From sequence record OZ196285.1: a stretch of DNA of 64,000 nt. One strand, given 5' to 3'. Positions 42,540 through 53,801 of the stretch are shown piece by piece. Positions within the stretch are counted from its first letter, which is position 1. Each line of letters begins with the position of its first letter. Position numbers and translations under genes: made by a program. The notes under the pieces are model-generated. The model was not told where the DNA came from. It saw only the letters and a program-made list of their open reading frames with translations, and did no database searches.

Positions 42540-43418
42540 TTACTTGTTAATCGGAGAGTTAATCGCGATTTCGTCAAGCATTGCAGTTGGTACGAACACT
42601 TTGTTGTTACCTTGAGCCATTAGGCGTAGAGTTTTTTGCTCTTCAAGGAAGCGAACGTTTTTGTTCATTAGCTTGTCAGCAACAAGTTTTTTCGTTTCAG
42701 CTTCGTACAGTTCGATGTCACGCTCTTTCTTTGACACTTCTTCACGTGTTGTGATTTTAAGTAAGTCAAGTTTACGCTGTGCATTAACCGTATCTTCTTG
42801 TTGACGACGTTCCGCAGACTTGATTTGTGCGTCTGTGATTGTCTTCGGGTACACTACATCAGTCACACCAACAACTTTAAGAACGAACGGTGTTGAAGCA
42901 AGTTCTTTGTTAAGTCGTTTCATTACGTATGCGTTCAGTGCTTCACGTGTACTTGCAACTTCACTGATTGAATATTCCGCGATAATCGACGGGATAATCG
43001 TATTCAGTTTAGCTTTTGCGTAACGTTTGAACACGTCAGCTTGTTCAATCACACCTAGCTGATCAGCTTGAGCGCGGAACGGCACTTTAGTGAAGACGAA
43101 GTTTTGCTTCGCAGGGTTAAGAGCCATCGTCATTTCGATGTTGTAATCGAGCATCAGCTCATCTTTCGGCATGAACGTACTGAACTTCATTGAGTAGAAC
43201 TGGTCAGATACATCAAGAAGAACTAGACGATCTGGGTAGCGCCATGCCCAATCAAGACGAAACTTAGAAGGGCCACGCGGAGTTGCATTTGCATCGAAGC
43301 CATCTTTCGTCTGAATCTTACCGACATAACCAGTCGGGATTTCAGCAGGTGTGCCACAGCCTACAAGTGCTAGACCTAGTGCAGCTACTGACATCAATTT
43401 AGCGATTTTCTTAATCAT
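42540..43418 (-). CDS. SPFH/band-7 family lipoprotein
   Basis: Lipobox LVGC, V..GYVG motif, SPFH-like core and coiled-coil tail. Confidence 0.8.
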   Translation of the reverse strand: MIKKIAKLMSVAALGLALVGCGTPAEIPTGYVGKIQTKDGFDANATPRGPSKFRLDWAWRYPDRLVLLDVSDQFYSMKFSTFMPKDELMLDYNIEMTMALNPAKQNFVFTKVPFRAQADQLGVIEQADVFKRYAKAKLNTIIPSIIAEYSISEVASTREALNAYVMKRLNKELASTPFVLKVVGVTDVVYPKTITDAQIKSAERRQQEDTVNAQRKLDLLKITTREEVSKKERDIELYEAETKKLVADKLMNKNVRFLEEQKTLRLMAQGNNKVFVPTAMLDEIAINSPINK

Positions 43419-43484
43419 GTATTACTCTCTTAGTTGTGATTGATATTGCTATCATTGTGTGCGCTTCGTTGCGCTGAGGAGTAC

Positions 43485-43529
43485 ATAGTAGGGCTAATCG
43501 TCGTGACTGTCAACAATTTTATATAAATA
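43485..43529. promoter_or_regulatory. Divergent early (minus) and late (plus) promoters
   Basis: Minus strand TTGACA-17-TACTAT (43485-43513); plus strand TATAAATA (43522-43529). Confidence 0.8.
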
Positions 43530-43550
43530 AATTCAAAATAGGGAGAAAAT

Positions 43551-43970
43551 ATGGCTATCGCAGAGTTGAACACGCTGAAACCAGGGAAATATTACTACAG
43601 TGATGTCCCCGCAAACTTCGGCAAAAGTGTTGTAAACAATGACTTGAGCGCATCATATGACTTGAACGCAGTACAAGAATCTATATTGGGCATCGTGAGC
43701 ACAAACAAAGGTGAGCGCCCGTTCAACCCCGAATTCGGGTGTGACATCAGCAATCAGCTTTTCGAGAATATTTCACCTGCTAGTGCGTTTTCAATCAAAT
43801 ACAGTATCGAAAACGCAATAAGCAAATGGGAGCCGCGTGTAATCATACGCAACGTTGAGGTATTGCCTCTGTATGATAGAAACACGTATCAAGTGACGAT
43901 TAAGTATCACTTGAAAACAAATCTTGATCGTTTGTTCGCAACAACAACGATACTAGCGAATAAAAACTAG
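43551..43970 (+). CDS. 25: gp25 baseplate wedge subunit
   Basis: YSD, T.KGERPF.PEFGC and WEPRV motifs. Confidence 0.95.
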   Translation: MAIAELNTLKPGKYYYSDVPANFGKSVVNNDLSASYDLNAVQESILGIVSTNKGERPFNPEFGCDISNQLFENISPASAFSIKYSIENAISKWEPRVIIRNVEVLPLYDRNTYQVTIKYHLKTNLDRLFATTTILANKN

Positions 43971-43973
43971 TAG

Positions 43974-43999
43974 AAGCCCGCCAACGAGCGGGCTTTTTT
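43974..43999 (+). terminator. Terminator after gene 25
   Basis: AAGCCCGC-CAACGA-GCGGGCTTTTTT. Confidence 0.85.
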
Positions 44000-44054
44000 G
44001 TGCATTAAATATAAGAAACGAATTATACAAAATTTCTACTACAGGGGAATACAC

Positions 44055-46013
44055 ATGACAACTAACTCGAATTTGCCTGTTAGTTCTGGGTCTTTTGAGA
44101 CAATCAAACAAGATCTAATTCAGTACCTTAAAGGTCAAGATGAGTTCAAGGACTATGACTTCAAAGGTTCGCGACTAAACGTTCTAACAGATTTGCTTGC
44201 GTACAACACAATGTACATGCAGCACTATTCAAACGCAGCGTTGTACGAAGGGTTCATGCGAACTGCTCAACAACACAGCAGCGTTGTACAACACGCGCAG
44301 GATATGGGTTACGCACCGAGTTCTTTGTCGGCTTCTACTCATACAATCGGTATTAAAGCATATCACGCGGCAAACCCAGTTGAAATTACACTAGGTACAG
44401 GCACGCGATTCAGTGCAGACGTTGATAACATCGACCACTACAGCTACATCGTATGGGAACCTCATATTCTGATTGGTGCGAAAGAAGATGCACTTGACCC
44501 TAATAGCCCGCTAGTATATCAAGATCAGATTGATGTTGTTCAAGGTACGCTTGGTCGTTACGAAGTTGTCTTCACTGAAACAACAGCAATCACAATTAAA
44601 GACCCGGACTTAGATAGAAACTACGTTCGAGTGTTCGTCGATGATGCAGAATGGATCAACTGGACGAATAAATCAATCATCAACGTTTCAGGGGGTTCGA
44701 ATGTGTTCTACTTGCGTGAGACTGTTGATGGTTACACTGAAGTTTATTTTGGTGAAGGCGAACTGACAGATTTTACAGAGACAGCAGGAGCATATGACCC
44801 AAGTTACATCGGCGGTTTACGCCCGGTTAATGGTCAGCGTGTTCGTGTTCAATATGTAAAGACATCAGGCGAAGTCGCTAACGGTTCGAAGAACTTCACA
44901 TGGGCAGATGATATCCCGAACTTCCAACTCGATGACAAGAATATTGACGACAACCCGAATGACGATGAAAACTTCGTTGGTTCGATTGGTGGTGGTGGCG
45001 CTGAAGGCACTGAGCGTATTCGTGAGCTTGCCCCTGTGTTTCGTGAATCGCAACGTCGTTGTGTAACGAAACTCGATTATGAGACGTTTGTTTCTCAGAA
45101 GTTTGGTAACATTGTTCAGGCGGTTCAAGCATTCGGGGGTACTGATAAGCCAGGTTACGTGTTCATCGCTATCAAGCCGAAAACGGGGCTTACGTTGCCG
45201 CAAGTTGCGAGAACTGATATCGAAGATTATCTTAGTGAGTTCAACATAGTGACAATCACACCGAAAGTTGTTGACCCTGATTACTTATACGTGAATCACA
45301 ATCTACGCGTTAACTACCGTATCGGCTCGCTGTCAGAAGGCGCCGATTACTTGAAAGCGAAAATCATCGACGCGATCAGTGATTACTACTACAACGAAGT
45401 TGAGATTTTCAACGCATCGTTTCATGTATCGAAAATGCTAGGATATGTCGATGCTGCACACTCTGCGATTCTAGGTTCTCGATGTGACATTGAACTTGTT
45501 CGTGAATTGACGAACTTCAGCCAGACTCCGATGAGTGGATATAGTTTCTTGAATCCGGTTACATCTCGTTCTGTATTGTCAGGAGACGTTGAATACATTC
45601 CGGGAGGGTATAACGTGCATGTCACATCGACTGAGAATCGAACCGCTCCTACTGAAGAGAATATAGGCGAGCTGTTACTAGGCCCATTTGCATCAGGCGA
45701 TATCACGGATCCTATTGACCCCGTGACGGGATTACCGACGACTGAATACACGCCTAACGACTTTGATCGCGTTGTGATTGATGATCGCAGTCTGTACTAC
45801 AAGATTGGGTCAGTTAACTACGAAACTGGATTCATGGAATACAGCTTCAGTAACTTAGGCGTAGATACAGCAGATTGGGATGTTGTTGGCAACTTAGTCG
45901 TAACAGCAACGCCAACACGTGCGAACATTTATACCGATGACGGTAGTTTAATTGTGTACGAAAACGAATTGCGTCCACAATATACAAATATTGAATTAGA
46001 AGGCATTGCTTAA
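44055..46013 (+). CDS. 6: gp6 baseplate wedge subunit
   Basis: F.DYDF.GS.LNVL.DLLAYNT and Q.RCVT..DY motifs; start moved to 44055 (SD GGGGA). Confidence 0.95.
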   Translation: MTTNSNLPVSSGSFETIKQDLIQYLKGQDEFKDYDFKGSRLNVLTDLLAYNTMYMQHYSNAALYEGFMRTAQQHSSVVQHAQDMGYAPSSLSASTHTIGIKAYHAANPVEITLGTGTRFSADVDNIDHYSYIVWEPHILIGAKEDALDPNSPLVYQDQIDVVQGTLGRYEVVFTETTAITIKDPDLDRNYVRVFVDDAEWINWTNKSIINVSGGSNVFYLRETVDGYTEVYFGEGELTDFTETAGAYDPSYIGGLRPVNGQRVRVQYVKTSGEVANGSKNFTWADDIPNFQLDDKNIDDNPNDDENFVGSIGGGGAEGTERIRELAPVFRESQRRCVTKLDYETFVSQKFGNIVQAVQAFGGTDKPGYVFIAIKPKTGLTLPQVARTDIEDYLSEFNIVTITPKVVDPDYLYVNHNLRVNYRIGSLSEGADYLKAKIIDAISDYYYNEVEIFNASFHVSKMLGYVDAAHSAILGSRCDIELVRELTNFSQTPMSGYSFLNPVTSRSVLSGDVEYIPGGYNVHVTSTENRTAPTEENIGELLLGPFASGDITDPIDPVTGLPTTEYTPNDFDRVVIDDRSLYYKIGSVNYETGFMEYSFSNLGVDTADWDVVGNLVVTATPTRANIYTDDGSLIVYENELRPQYTNIELEGIA

Positions 46014-49000
46014 TGACAACTTTACAAGCACCACCAATTATGGGCGTGTACATTGATAAGTTATCGCGTAATTACGTTGACTTGTCATGGGATGCAGTTG
46101 GTGACAATTTTAGATATGAAATTCACGTTCGCTCGGCTGGCTCATACGAAAACGTGCTGCTTGAGTCGTATCAACCACTTTACCCAAACCCGTATACAGG
46201 CGAAGTTCGTCTGTATGCTCAAATCAATGCATCGGTGCGCTACTATCAGTGGCGCGTTCGTGCAGTTTACAAAGATTTTGAGCCGGGTGAGTGGACGTCG
46301 TCTGACATAGGATACACATCAGAAACGAACGAATACGAGATCGAAACACAATCTCAGTTCACCGTTGCGAACTCATTTATCGAAGCTCGACTGAATGACG
46401 ATAACGAATCCTACTTAAATGCTCGAAATCCTCTCCAGGCTACGCTTGTGCGTCCAGGCTATGAATTTGACTCGGACATGTTTAACGTCGATTCAGCAGC
46501 ATACTGGTTCGTTACAAATCCAGGATTCAGCGCAAATTATGGGCATATTCCTACAGTTTGTCAATCAAATTCTCGCGTAATTCCATCAGTAATTGACGAT
46601 GTGATTTACGCATTCGAGCGTTGGCAAGAAGTTTGTAAGGTCTCGAACGATGGCGGGCAGACATGGCAGACATATCGAGCAACAAACTCGCGCCTAGGAA
46701 ACCCTGTTTATGATTGCATCTGTAAGCAGTCTGAGACGTTTAGTTATCTACTAGGGTACGATTACCTCATTCAGGGCGTTGCGTCGTCTGACGTTGATTA
46801 CTCGCACGATAACGGAACGGAATACTCGCATGCCTCAGTAGACTTGACGTTCGATAAGCTAGATTTCGATTTAGGTTTTGGTTTTGAAGTTGAGCGTTTC
46901 AAAGATCTTGCGGTTTTACCACCCCAAGTGCGCCATAAGGCAGATGCGTTTGGAGTTGATAACGTGATGACGGTTGTCACGTCAGGAAACACATGCGTTT
47001 GGCACAATAACAGAATCCCTAACATATTTGACAATGTTAGTTCAGATCTTTACGGATCGCGCATCTTCGAAACAATCGGTGAATTGAACAACGAGCCAAT
47101 GTATTCTGAATCTTACGTCGTGTGTAATGACGATATGCGACCTGATTTCGACGAAACAACTGCTGACGTTGTAGTGAAAAAGATTCAATACTTTGACGAC
47201 CCAGAAAAAGGGATCGATTATCAAGACGGTAGCATGTATGCGCTTGTTCTAGGTGAATGGGTTCATGACGAAAATGGGAATCGTGTTGGCGTGAGCGATG
47301 ATAGTGAGATTCGCGGTATATATCGCATGAGTCGCACTCCAGTTATGAACGGTGATGTTGTTGTTAGTTACACCGATGTTGAATGGAGCCGCGTATACGG
47401 AAACATTGAACCAGAGCGCGATCTAATCAACGAGCGAACCAACATTTCTCGTGATAATGAACATCTAATCGTAGGGCATGATTTAACCAGAGCATACGGT
47501 GAAGATGGCGACGCAGAGTACGACAATCGTCAAGAGTCGAGCGGAGCCCCTGGCAACTATCACTCTGAGGCTGGCGATCATTATGGTACAATCGATGACG
47601 TTACACTAGTTCAGGACAATGCTGAAGTATCAGAAGCTGTTCGAATGTTCAGTAAGCCATACTACACAACAAATGTCAAACCAATGTCGCAAATAATTGC
47701 AACGAAAGACGGCGAGACGTGGGCGTATAAACCACAAGATTACTACGGGAACGCGAACTTCAACTGGATGGAGCGTGCGCAGACGCGAGATTGGAAATCA
47801 TGGTCAAATGAGATCATGTATTACAAGAAAGAGTCTCTATTCCGACGTGATTTTGATGACACTACAGACGAACGTTGGAGCGAATCGCTAAATGAAGGCT
47901 CATATGTGTTCGAAGCGCCAGATCTAGACATATTCGGATTTAATGGGTACTGTGCAGGTGCATTAATTCACACTGCACACGATAACAAAGTAGTCGGTTA
48001 CTACAAGTTCACGTATCGAGTATCGAACAACGCGTCGATTGAATGGTCGCCAAAACGAACTGCGGTGACAGGTGCATTGACAAACTATACACCAGTTACG
48101 ATTGAAGAGCCCGTAGGTGACCCGACAACGATGATCGACCCGACAATTACCCCGTTGGTATACAAAATGATGCCTGAAAACTATCTAGATTCATCAGGAG
48201 AGTACAAGGCATTCGTGAAGCACTATCTTGATTTCGTCAGTAAAGGTAACGGCACAGCGTACAACAAGCTGTATAACTTGATGAACAGCAAGAACCCGCT
48301 TGACGACCATTACACGGAATACTTACATAAGCTTGTATACGAGCGCAACCGCATCATTGAGCCAGAGAAGCGCGACGCAGTTGTGAAATTCTTCTTGGCG
48401 AGACGTGCGGATTTCTATAGTACGAAGGGTATTCTTGATTCGTACAAGTTTCTGTTCAAGTTGCTGTACAACGAAGACGTTGACGTTGAGATTGAATCCC
48501 TGAACACATTTGAGTATGCGATTACAGTTGCATCAAATGACGTAACCGAAGACATCGTAGGCAAGCGCATATACAATGATCACGGTCAAGCTGACGTAAC
48601 ATATATTGAGCGCGAATACATCGATGGACGCAGACATTGGAAGCTGACGCTGAACAACCTTATTGGTGAGTTCACAGCAGGGGATGACATTTCCATCAAC
48701 GACTTCGATTTCGAAGGAATTGCACTATCTGGTGTGAAAGGTGTTCGAATCGATTATGACTCAAACGAATACACAGACAGAAGTAAATCATATTACGTTA
48801 TGAAACTTCGTTCTGAATTGCAATTGAGTCAGTATCGCGATGATGTGATTCGTTTCGTACACCCAATCGGTTTCGGGTTTGTTGGTATCACTATGCTGAC
48901 GATTCTAGTAAATCAGGGTGTTTCTGTTGCGCATCATGAAACAATCGTTGACTCATATCGTTCAGTTCGTTACGACAACGGTATTGGTTTGAGCTACACA

Positions 49001-49507
49001 GAAGAAACGAGTCTTTTAGACAACGTCGATGAACGTCAATACAACGATTTCAACGAGTTGATCTTAAAGCCGCATCCACATTACGGGGAATCTCCGATTG
49101 ATAATGCAATACAAGACAGACTCACAAACGTTCAGGGCGTGACAGAGACTGAATACAACGACTATTGGGCAAATGACCGTCACATCGCACATGATGAATA
49201 TCGTGCTGTTGATGAGCAACGATACATTGAAATTGATACTGGCAATCCTGACGATGCGTTCGGAGGAAAACAGCGTGTTCTAAATCCCGATTACAACCCA
49301 TGCGCTAAGATCCAAGCAGCAGATATAAATGATTCGCTTGCATGGGGATTGACTCCGTATGAACGTGCGCCTGGATTCATGTTTGATATGTCATCAGCAT
49401 CATTAAGTATTAGTGATATGTACGAAGACTTGAACAATCGATTGAAAGATAACGTAGGTAATCCGTACGACCCAGAAGAGCCAACACAGAAAAATATAGG
49501 TGAATAA
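46013..49507 (+). CDS. 7: gp7 baseplate wedge initiator
   Basis: 1164 aa after gp6; FY..KG...SY.FLFKLLYNEDV and FVHPIGF motifs. Confidence 0.92.
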   Translation: MTTLQAPPIMGVYIDKLSRNYVDLSWDAVGDNFRYEIHVRSAGSYENVLLESYQPLYPNPYTGEVRLYAQINASVRYYQWRVRAVYKDFEPGEWTSSDIGYTSETNEYEIETQSQFTVANSFIEARLNDDNESYLNARNPLQATLVRPGYEFDSDMFNVDSAAYWFVTNPGFSANYGHIPTVCQSNSRVIPSVIDDVIYAFERWQEVCKVSNDGGQTWQTYRATNSRLGNPVYDCICKQSETFSYLLGYDYLIQGVASSDVDYSHDNGTEYSHASVDLTFDKLDFDLGFGFEVERFKDLAVLPPQVRHKADAFGVDNVMTVVTSGNTCVWHNNRIPNIFDNVSSDLYGSRIFETIGELNNEPMYSESYVVCNDDMRPDFDETTADVVVKKIQYFDDPEKGIDYQDGSMYALVLGEWVHDENGNRVGVSDDSEIRGIYRMSRTPVMNGDVVVSYTDVEWSRVYGNIEPERDLINERTNISRDNEHLIVGHDLTRAYGEDGDAEYDNRQESSGAPGNYHSEAGDHYGTIDDVTLVQDNAEVSEAVRMFSKPYYTTNVKPMSQIIATKDGETWAYKPQDYYGNANFNWMERAQTRDWKSWSNEIMYYKKESLFRRDFDDTTDERWSESLNEGSYVFEAPDLDIFGFNGYCAGALIHTAHDNKVVGYYKFTYRVSNNASIEWSPKRTAVTGALTNYTPVTIEEPVGDPTTMIDPTITPLVYKMMPENYLDSSGEYKAFVKHYLDFVSKGNGTAYNKLYNLMNSKNPLDDHYTEYLHKLVYERNRIIEPEKRDAVVKFFLARRADFYSTKGILDSYKFLFKLLYNEDVDVEIESLNTFEYAITVASNDVTEDIVGKRIYNDHGQADVTYIEREYIDGRRHWKLTLNNLIGEFTAGDDISINDFDFEGIALSGVKGVRIDYDSNEYTDRSKSYYVMKLRSELQLSQYRDDVIRFVHPIGFGFVGITMLTILVNQGVSVAHHETIVDSYRSVRYDNGIGLSYTEETSLLDNVDERQYNDFNELILKPHPHYGESPIDNAIQDRLTNVQGVTETEYNDYWANDRHIAHDEYRAVDEQRYIEIDTGNPDDAFGGKQRVLNPDYNPCAKIQAADINDSLAWGLTPYERAPGFMFDMSSASLSISDMYEDLNNRLKDNVGNPYDPEEPTQKNIGE

Positions 49508-50531
49508 CGTGGCAAAAATCTACAGATCCGCAATCACGACTGAATATCGTGTAAACAACTTGATGAATTTTTACGAGAATATCGGGGATGATTCTGACCA
49601 CAACACGATTTATCTCATGTTTGGACGAAACACGCCCTGGTCTGACCGCGAAGATGAAATAAACTTCGCGCCCCCTTACCCGAATGACTCAGCAGACGGT
49701 AAAGCCGATGTATGGGCTCGTTCTCTAGGCATGATTAAGATTCCTAAGTCTCAGTTGCGCCCAGTTCTTGTGCGCAAGGATTGGGGCGACCCTGACTTGA
49801 ACAACTCACTGCGATTTACATTTGGTGACATAGTAACTGTAAACACAATGTCAATTAACTCGCATCCAAGTGCGTTGAACGGCTATATGGTTTATCGCTG
49901 TGTCGATATCCCAGAAACAGATGCATACAACGCGAATATTCGCGGCACGTGTTCAATACCCACCATCACAAACAAAAGTGATTGTGTTGCAGTCGGTGGA
50001 GAATGGACAGCCCCTAGTTCACCTGGCAACCAAGAGAACATCCCTCATGGTACCGGTAACGCGATTGATACAGGCGATGGGTATGTGTGGGAATACCTGT
50101 ACACGATTCCCCCATCTGAAGTTCTGACGAACGTTACGCGTGAATACATCGTATGCCCATTCCCAGACGAGGTCATAAATGATCGTAAATCATGGGGATT
50201 AGATCAGAACATCATTTTCAATGCCGAAACGGACGAAACAATTTACAGTGTAGGTGTAGTCAACTTGCGTTTCAGGGCTAAACTGTCGGGTAGCGACTTC
50301 ATTCACTTATTCGGACCTGGTAATCAAGGATATCGTCAAGTGAGTCTGGTTCAAAATCCATTGCTGATACGCGAAGAAGGCGCGACCGTCGATATAAAGG
50401 CGACAGAATCGCTGTACAATCCTCATGAAATTCAGGAAGGGACAGGTCAGATAATTTACATGGAGAATCGTCAGCCGATTCGCAAAACGTTAGACCAAGT
50501 AGAAGAGTTCAACCTGATCTACACATTCTAA
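49500..50531 (+). CDS. 8: gp8 baseplate wedge subunit
   Basis: YL.FGR..PW, PPYP.D, GDGYVWEYLY.IP and YMENR.PI motifs. Confidence 0.95.
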   Translation: MNNVAKIYRSAITTEYRVNNLMNFYENIGDDSDHNTIYLMFGRNTPWSDREDEINFAPPYPNDSADGKADVWARSLGMIKIPKSQLRPVLVRKDWGDPDLNNSLRFTFGDIVTVNTMSINSHPSALNGYMVYRCVDIPETDAYNANIRGTCSIPTITNKSDCVAVGGEWTAPSSPGNQENIPHGTGNAIDTGDGYVWEYLYTIPPSEVLTNVTREYIVCPFPDEVINDRKSWGLDQNIIFNAETDETIYSVGVVNLRFRAKLSGSDFIHLFGPGNQGYRQVSLVQNPLLIREEGATVDIKATESLYNPHEIQEGTGQIIYMENRQPIRKTLDQVEEFNLIYTF

Positions 50532-50588
50532 TAAATACAACAAACACTCATCGGGCTTGATTGTCAAGCCCTATTTGGAGATTTAAAG

Positions 50589-51545
50589 ATGGGAAGATCA
50601 AGATTAGAAACTGGTACCGCGGGGTCGGTCGGTACGGGCGATACGATTCACAACGGTGGTAATAAATTGCGTGATAACTCAGATGAGTTCTATCACATGT
50701 TTGCAGACTTCGAGTTAACAGAAGCAGGAGAGGGTTATATCCCCTCGTACAACGATTCTTTTCCTCGACCACATGCAGACGGCTACTGGCAACGTATTCC
50801 ACCAAGTTCAACAGCAGGTGGTTCAGGTGGCGCGAATGCTACGAACTTACTGTCATCAATTATCACGGGCGGGAAGTATGATATAGATACATCATCGCTA
50901 GGTGGTGGCGCAATGATGACGCTGAATTTGCCGAAAATTGGTACTTCAGCAGGTCAAGCGAAACGCGGCGAGGTTATTTCGTTTCAGAACACGACAGCGA
51001 CATTAGACACTAATCCAATGGTGCTTAGTTCAGCGTCAGGTGATGCGATTGTCGGTGCAACTGAATTGAACGGCACGCACATAATCCGTACGAATTATGC
51101 ACGCGTTTCGTGTGTTGTTATCGACGACGGTACTGGTATTGCTGGCACTCCTCAATGGGGTATCAAGATTGAGCCGATTATGGGAGATTTCGGGTCACCT
51201 GTTAACGATACAATTTACACTATTCCGAATACAGCAACAGAGACAATTCCTCTGTTCGACACACTTTCATATGCCGCAGTGAAATTGATGGTTTATTCTG
51301 AGAATAGCGATCCTGCTCAGGGTGGTATCGTGACTCGACGTTCAACGTCTGAAATACTACTGCTAAATAACATTACAAACGCATACATTGATGAATACTC
51401 TGTTATCAACACAGACCGAGACTTCGGTAACCTTGCACAGATCGTGCCGCGCATCGAAGATGGCATAGTATACCTCGACATCACATCAAACGATGATAAT
51501 GTATCAATATCGATTAAATCAATCGAAACTATCAGATTATCGTAA
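50589..51545 (+). CDS. 9: gp9 long-tail-fibre connector
   Basis: G....GTGD..H.GG.KL..N N-terminus; synteny. Confidence 0.88.
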   Translation: MGRSRLETGTAGSVGTGDTIHNGGNKLRDNSDEFYHMFADFELTEAGEGYIPSYNDSFPRPHADGYWQRIPPSSTAGGSGGANATNLLSSIITGGKYDIDTSSLGGGAMMTLNLPKIGTSAGQAKRGEVISFQNTTATLDTNPMVLSSASGDAIVGATELNGTHIIRTNYARVSCVVIDDGTGIAGTPQWGIKIEPIMGDFGSPVNDTIYTIPNTATETIPLFDTLSYAAVKLMVYSENSDPAQGGIVTRRSTSEILLLNNITNAYIDEYSVINTDRDFGNLAQIVPRIEDGIVYLDITSNDDNVSISIKSIETIRLS

Positions 51546-51554
51546 GGGACACAA

Positions 51555-53801
51555 ATGAAACAGACGATCAATGTCGGACAAGTTGTCGATGATGGTACCG
51601 GTGACTACCTAAGACAAGGTGGCATCAAGACTCGCGACAACTTTGATGAAATTTATAGTCATCTAGGCGACGGTAGTAAAATTTTTGCTGCCGGGGCGTG
51701 GCGCAACTGGAGATTTGCGTCAACATACCTAAACGGTGACACGACATACAACGAAGCAAATGCAGAAAACTACTTCGACGCTGACGGCAATGGTCAAGGC
51801 CCAGAGCTGCACGTAGACTTCGGCGAATCATGGACAATCGACACATCGCTAGGTGCCGTTAATGTTCATCTAGTCGGCGGGGTAGAAGAAGCTGATTATG
51901 GTAAAGCTATTCGTCTTCGCGATGTGAAAGGTACATGGGACCGTTTCATCGTAACCGTGTACCCTAATCAACGAGATTCAATCAAGCGAGTTGCAACTAC
52001 ATTAAATCGTGAATTGGGTACTGGCGCAGAATTTAAGAATGCTTATCAAGACCTTGAGCTAGTATTCACACCGCCTCGACACTGGGAATACGTAGCACAG
52101 AAATATGTAACTGGACTGACGTTCGGTGATGTGCCTAGTGTTCTCAGACGCGCTTTAATCGCTCGCCAAAAACAACGCGATTTCAATATGTCACTTGAGT
52201 TAGGTGGCGGTGTTTACAATCAAGCAGCAGTCGAAGTTTATCGACGCGGTAACTTGATGTATTACGGTAACGAACTGAATGACATGTCAGATTACGGGTC
52301 AGTGCCATTACATACGGTGGATGCATGGATCCCTTCGAATCCCGACACGTATTTCGTTGGCGATCTAGTACGCGGCGATTCTTCATCCGGACTTGATGAC
52401 CGCGTATGGCAATGTATTGTAGAGCATAACGCAATCGGCGCATGGGAAACATCCAAATGGGCTGAATTTGCTGAATTCCCTGATTATGACGACCACACAA
52501 CATCAACACTATACGAAACTGGTGTAATTGTAACGCAAGAACATGATGGATTCTCTCAGACGTTTGAGTGTCAACAATCTCACACATCTTCGAGTACATA
52601 CACTGACTTGACTACTGATAGTCGATGGAAGCAGCTTACTAATGACGATTTGGCGCCTTTGGATGGCAAGACGATTCGTTTAAGATTAGGTGCTAATAAT
52701 GGCGATCCTGTTGCTATGGTCACGTACTTGAGTGACGTTTCAAGCTTTCGTAGCAGCTACGTGCTGAAGTCGATTAAAGTGGTTGACGAAAATAACCACG
52801 GTGTTGCTGAAACCCCAGGTTCTGTTGTTAAAAAAGATTTCGTGCCTGGTATGACACTAAATCTTGTCGATTTCGGTATGCCTAGCTACACGCAGTTTAA
52901 CACTGAAACGCTTGAGCTGCTGTTGAACGGAACTCAAATGACGCGTGCGAACACCGCAGGTCAAGGCGATAGCGAGAATGGCGGGGATTACGATTACGAT
53001 TACGTTCAAGACGCTGACGGGCTATGGAATACGTTTGTGTTTTCAGAAGCACTTGCCGATAGTGATATCGTGACAATTCGATGGTATGATAACGTAATCG
53101 GCACACTTTTGTCGTGGGATGAGGGTGACGACAACTTACAAACTCGAACACGTGAGCTTTTTGTTTCTCGCGACGACTGGGCAGACATTAGACGCAATAA
53201 CAAGATTCTGTATACTGATACTGACAACCCATCCGCGGCTGTCACTGAAGTTTTGCCAGAGCTAGAAACGTTTGCACCGGGCGGAACGCTTACATCATTG
53301 ATGGAAAGTATATTCCCTATTGGCTCGATTTACACGAACGCGAACAACCCGAACAACCCAGCCGATTACATGGGCTTTGGTAAGTGGGTTCGATACGCAG
53401 AAGGCAAGACGATTGTCGGCTGGAACCCAGAAGATGACGGTAGTTTTCATCGAAACAACAACAACGAAAATATCACTCAGGCGGGTGGTACCGGTGGTTC
53501 GATTGGTGTTACGTTGACACAATTAAACATTCCAGAACTAATAAGTACAACAAACCCAAATCATTCAAACGACTCAGAGCGCGATATCAGTAATATCACT
53601 GAGCAATATAGCTTAGTCGCTCGTGCTGCAACGTCTGGCGGCGACATCAACTTGAATGGTTGTTTAGGTGACCCTGATAACACGGCGCCACTTGCGTATT
53701 ACGCAGAAGAGCCGATCAAAGTGAATCACGGTCAAATTGCTCAGGCAGTTGACGTAACTCAGCCGTACATCACTGCATATACGTGGATAAGGACTGCATA
53801 A
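51555..53801 (+). CDS. 10: gp10 baseplate wedge or pin, with an insertion
   Basis: MKQ.IN.G.VVDDGTGDYLR.GG.K and C-terminal FPIGSIY.N..NPNNP. Confidence 0.93.
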   Translation: MKQTINVGQVVDDGTGDYLRQGGIKTRDNFDEIYSHLGDGSKIFAAGAWRNWRFASTYLNGDTTYNEANAENYFDADGNGQGPELHVDFGESWTIDTSLGAVNVHLVGGVEEADYGKAIRLRDVKGTWDRFIVTVYPNQRDSIKRVATTLNRELGTGAEFKNAYQDLELVFTPPRHWEYVAQKYVTGLTFGDVPSVLRRALIARQKQRDFNMSLELGGGVYNQAAVEVYRRGNLMYYGNELNDMSDYGSVPLHTVDAWIPSNPDTYFVGDLVRGDSSSGLDDRVWQCIVEHNAIGAWETSKWAEFAEFPDYDDHTTSTLYETGVIVTQEHDGFSQTFECQQSHTSSSTYTDLTTDSRWKQLTNDDLAPLDGKTIRLRLGANNGDPVAMVTYLSDVSSFRSSYVLKSIKVVDENNHGVAETPGSVVKKDFVPGMTLNLVDFGMPSYTQFNTETLELLLNGTQMTRANTAGQGDSENGGDYDYDYVQDADGLWNTFVFSEALADSDIVTIRWYDNVIGTLLSWDEGDDNLQTRTRELFVSRDDWADIRRNNKILYTDTDNPSAAVTEVLPELETFAPGGTLTSLMESIFPIGSIYTNANNPNNPADYMGFGKWVRYAEGKTIVGWNPEDDGSFHRNNNNENITQAGGTGGSIGVTLTQLNIPELISTTNPNHSNDSERDISNITEQYSLVARAATSGGDINLNGCLGDPDNTAPLAYYAEEPIKVNHGQIAQAVDVTQPYITAYTWIRTA

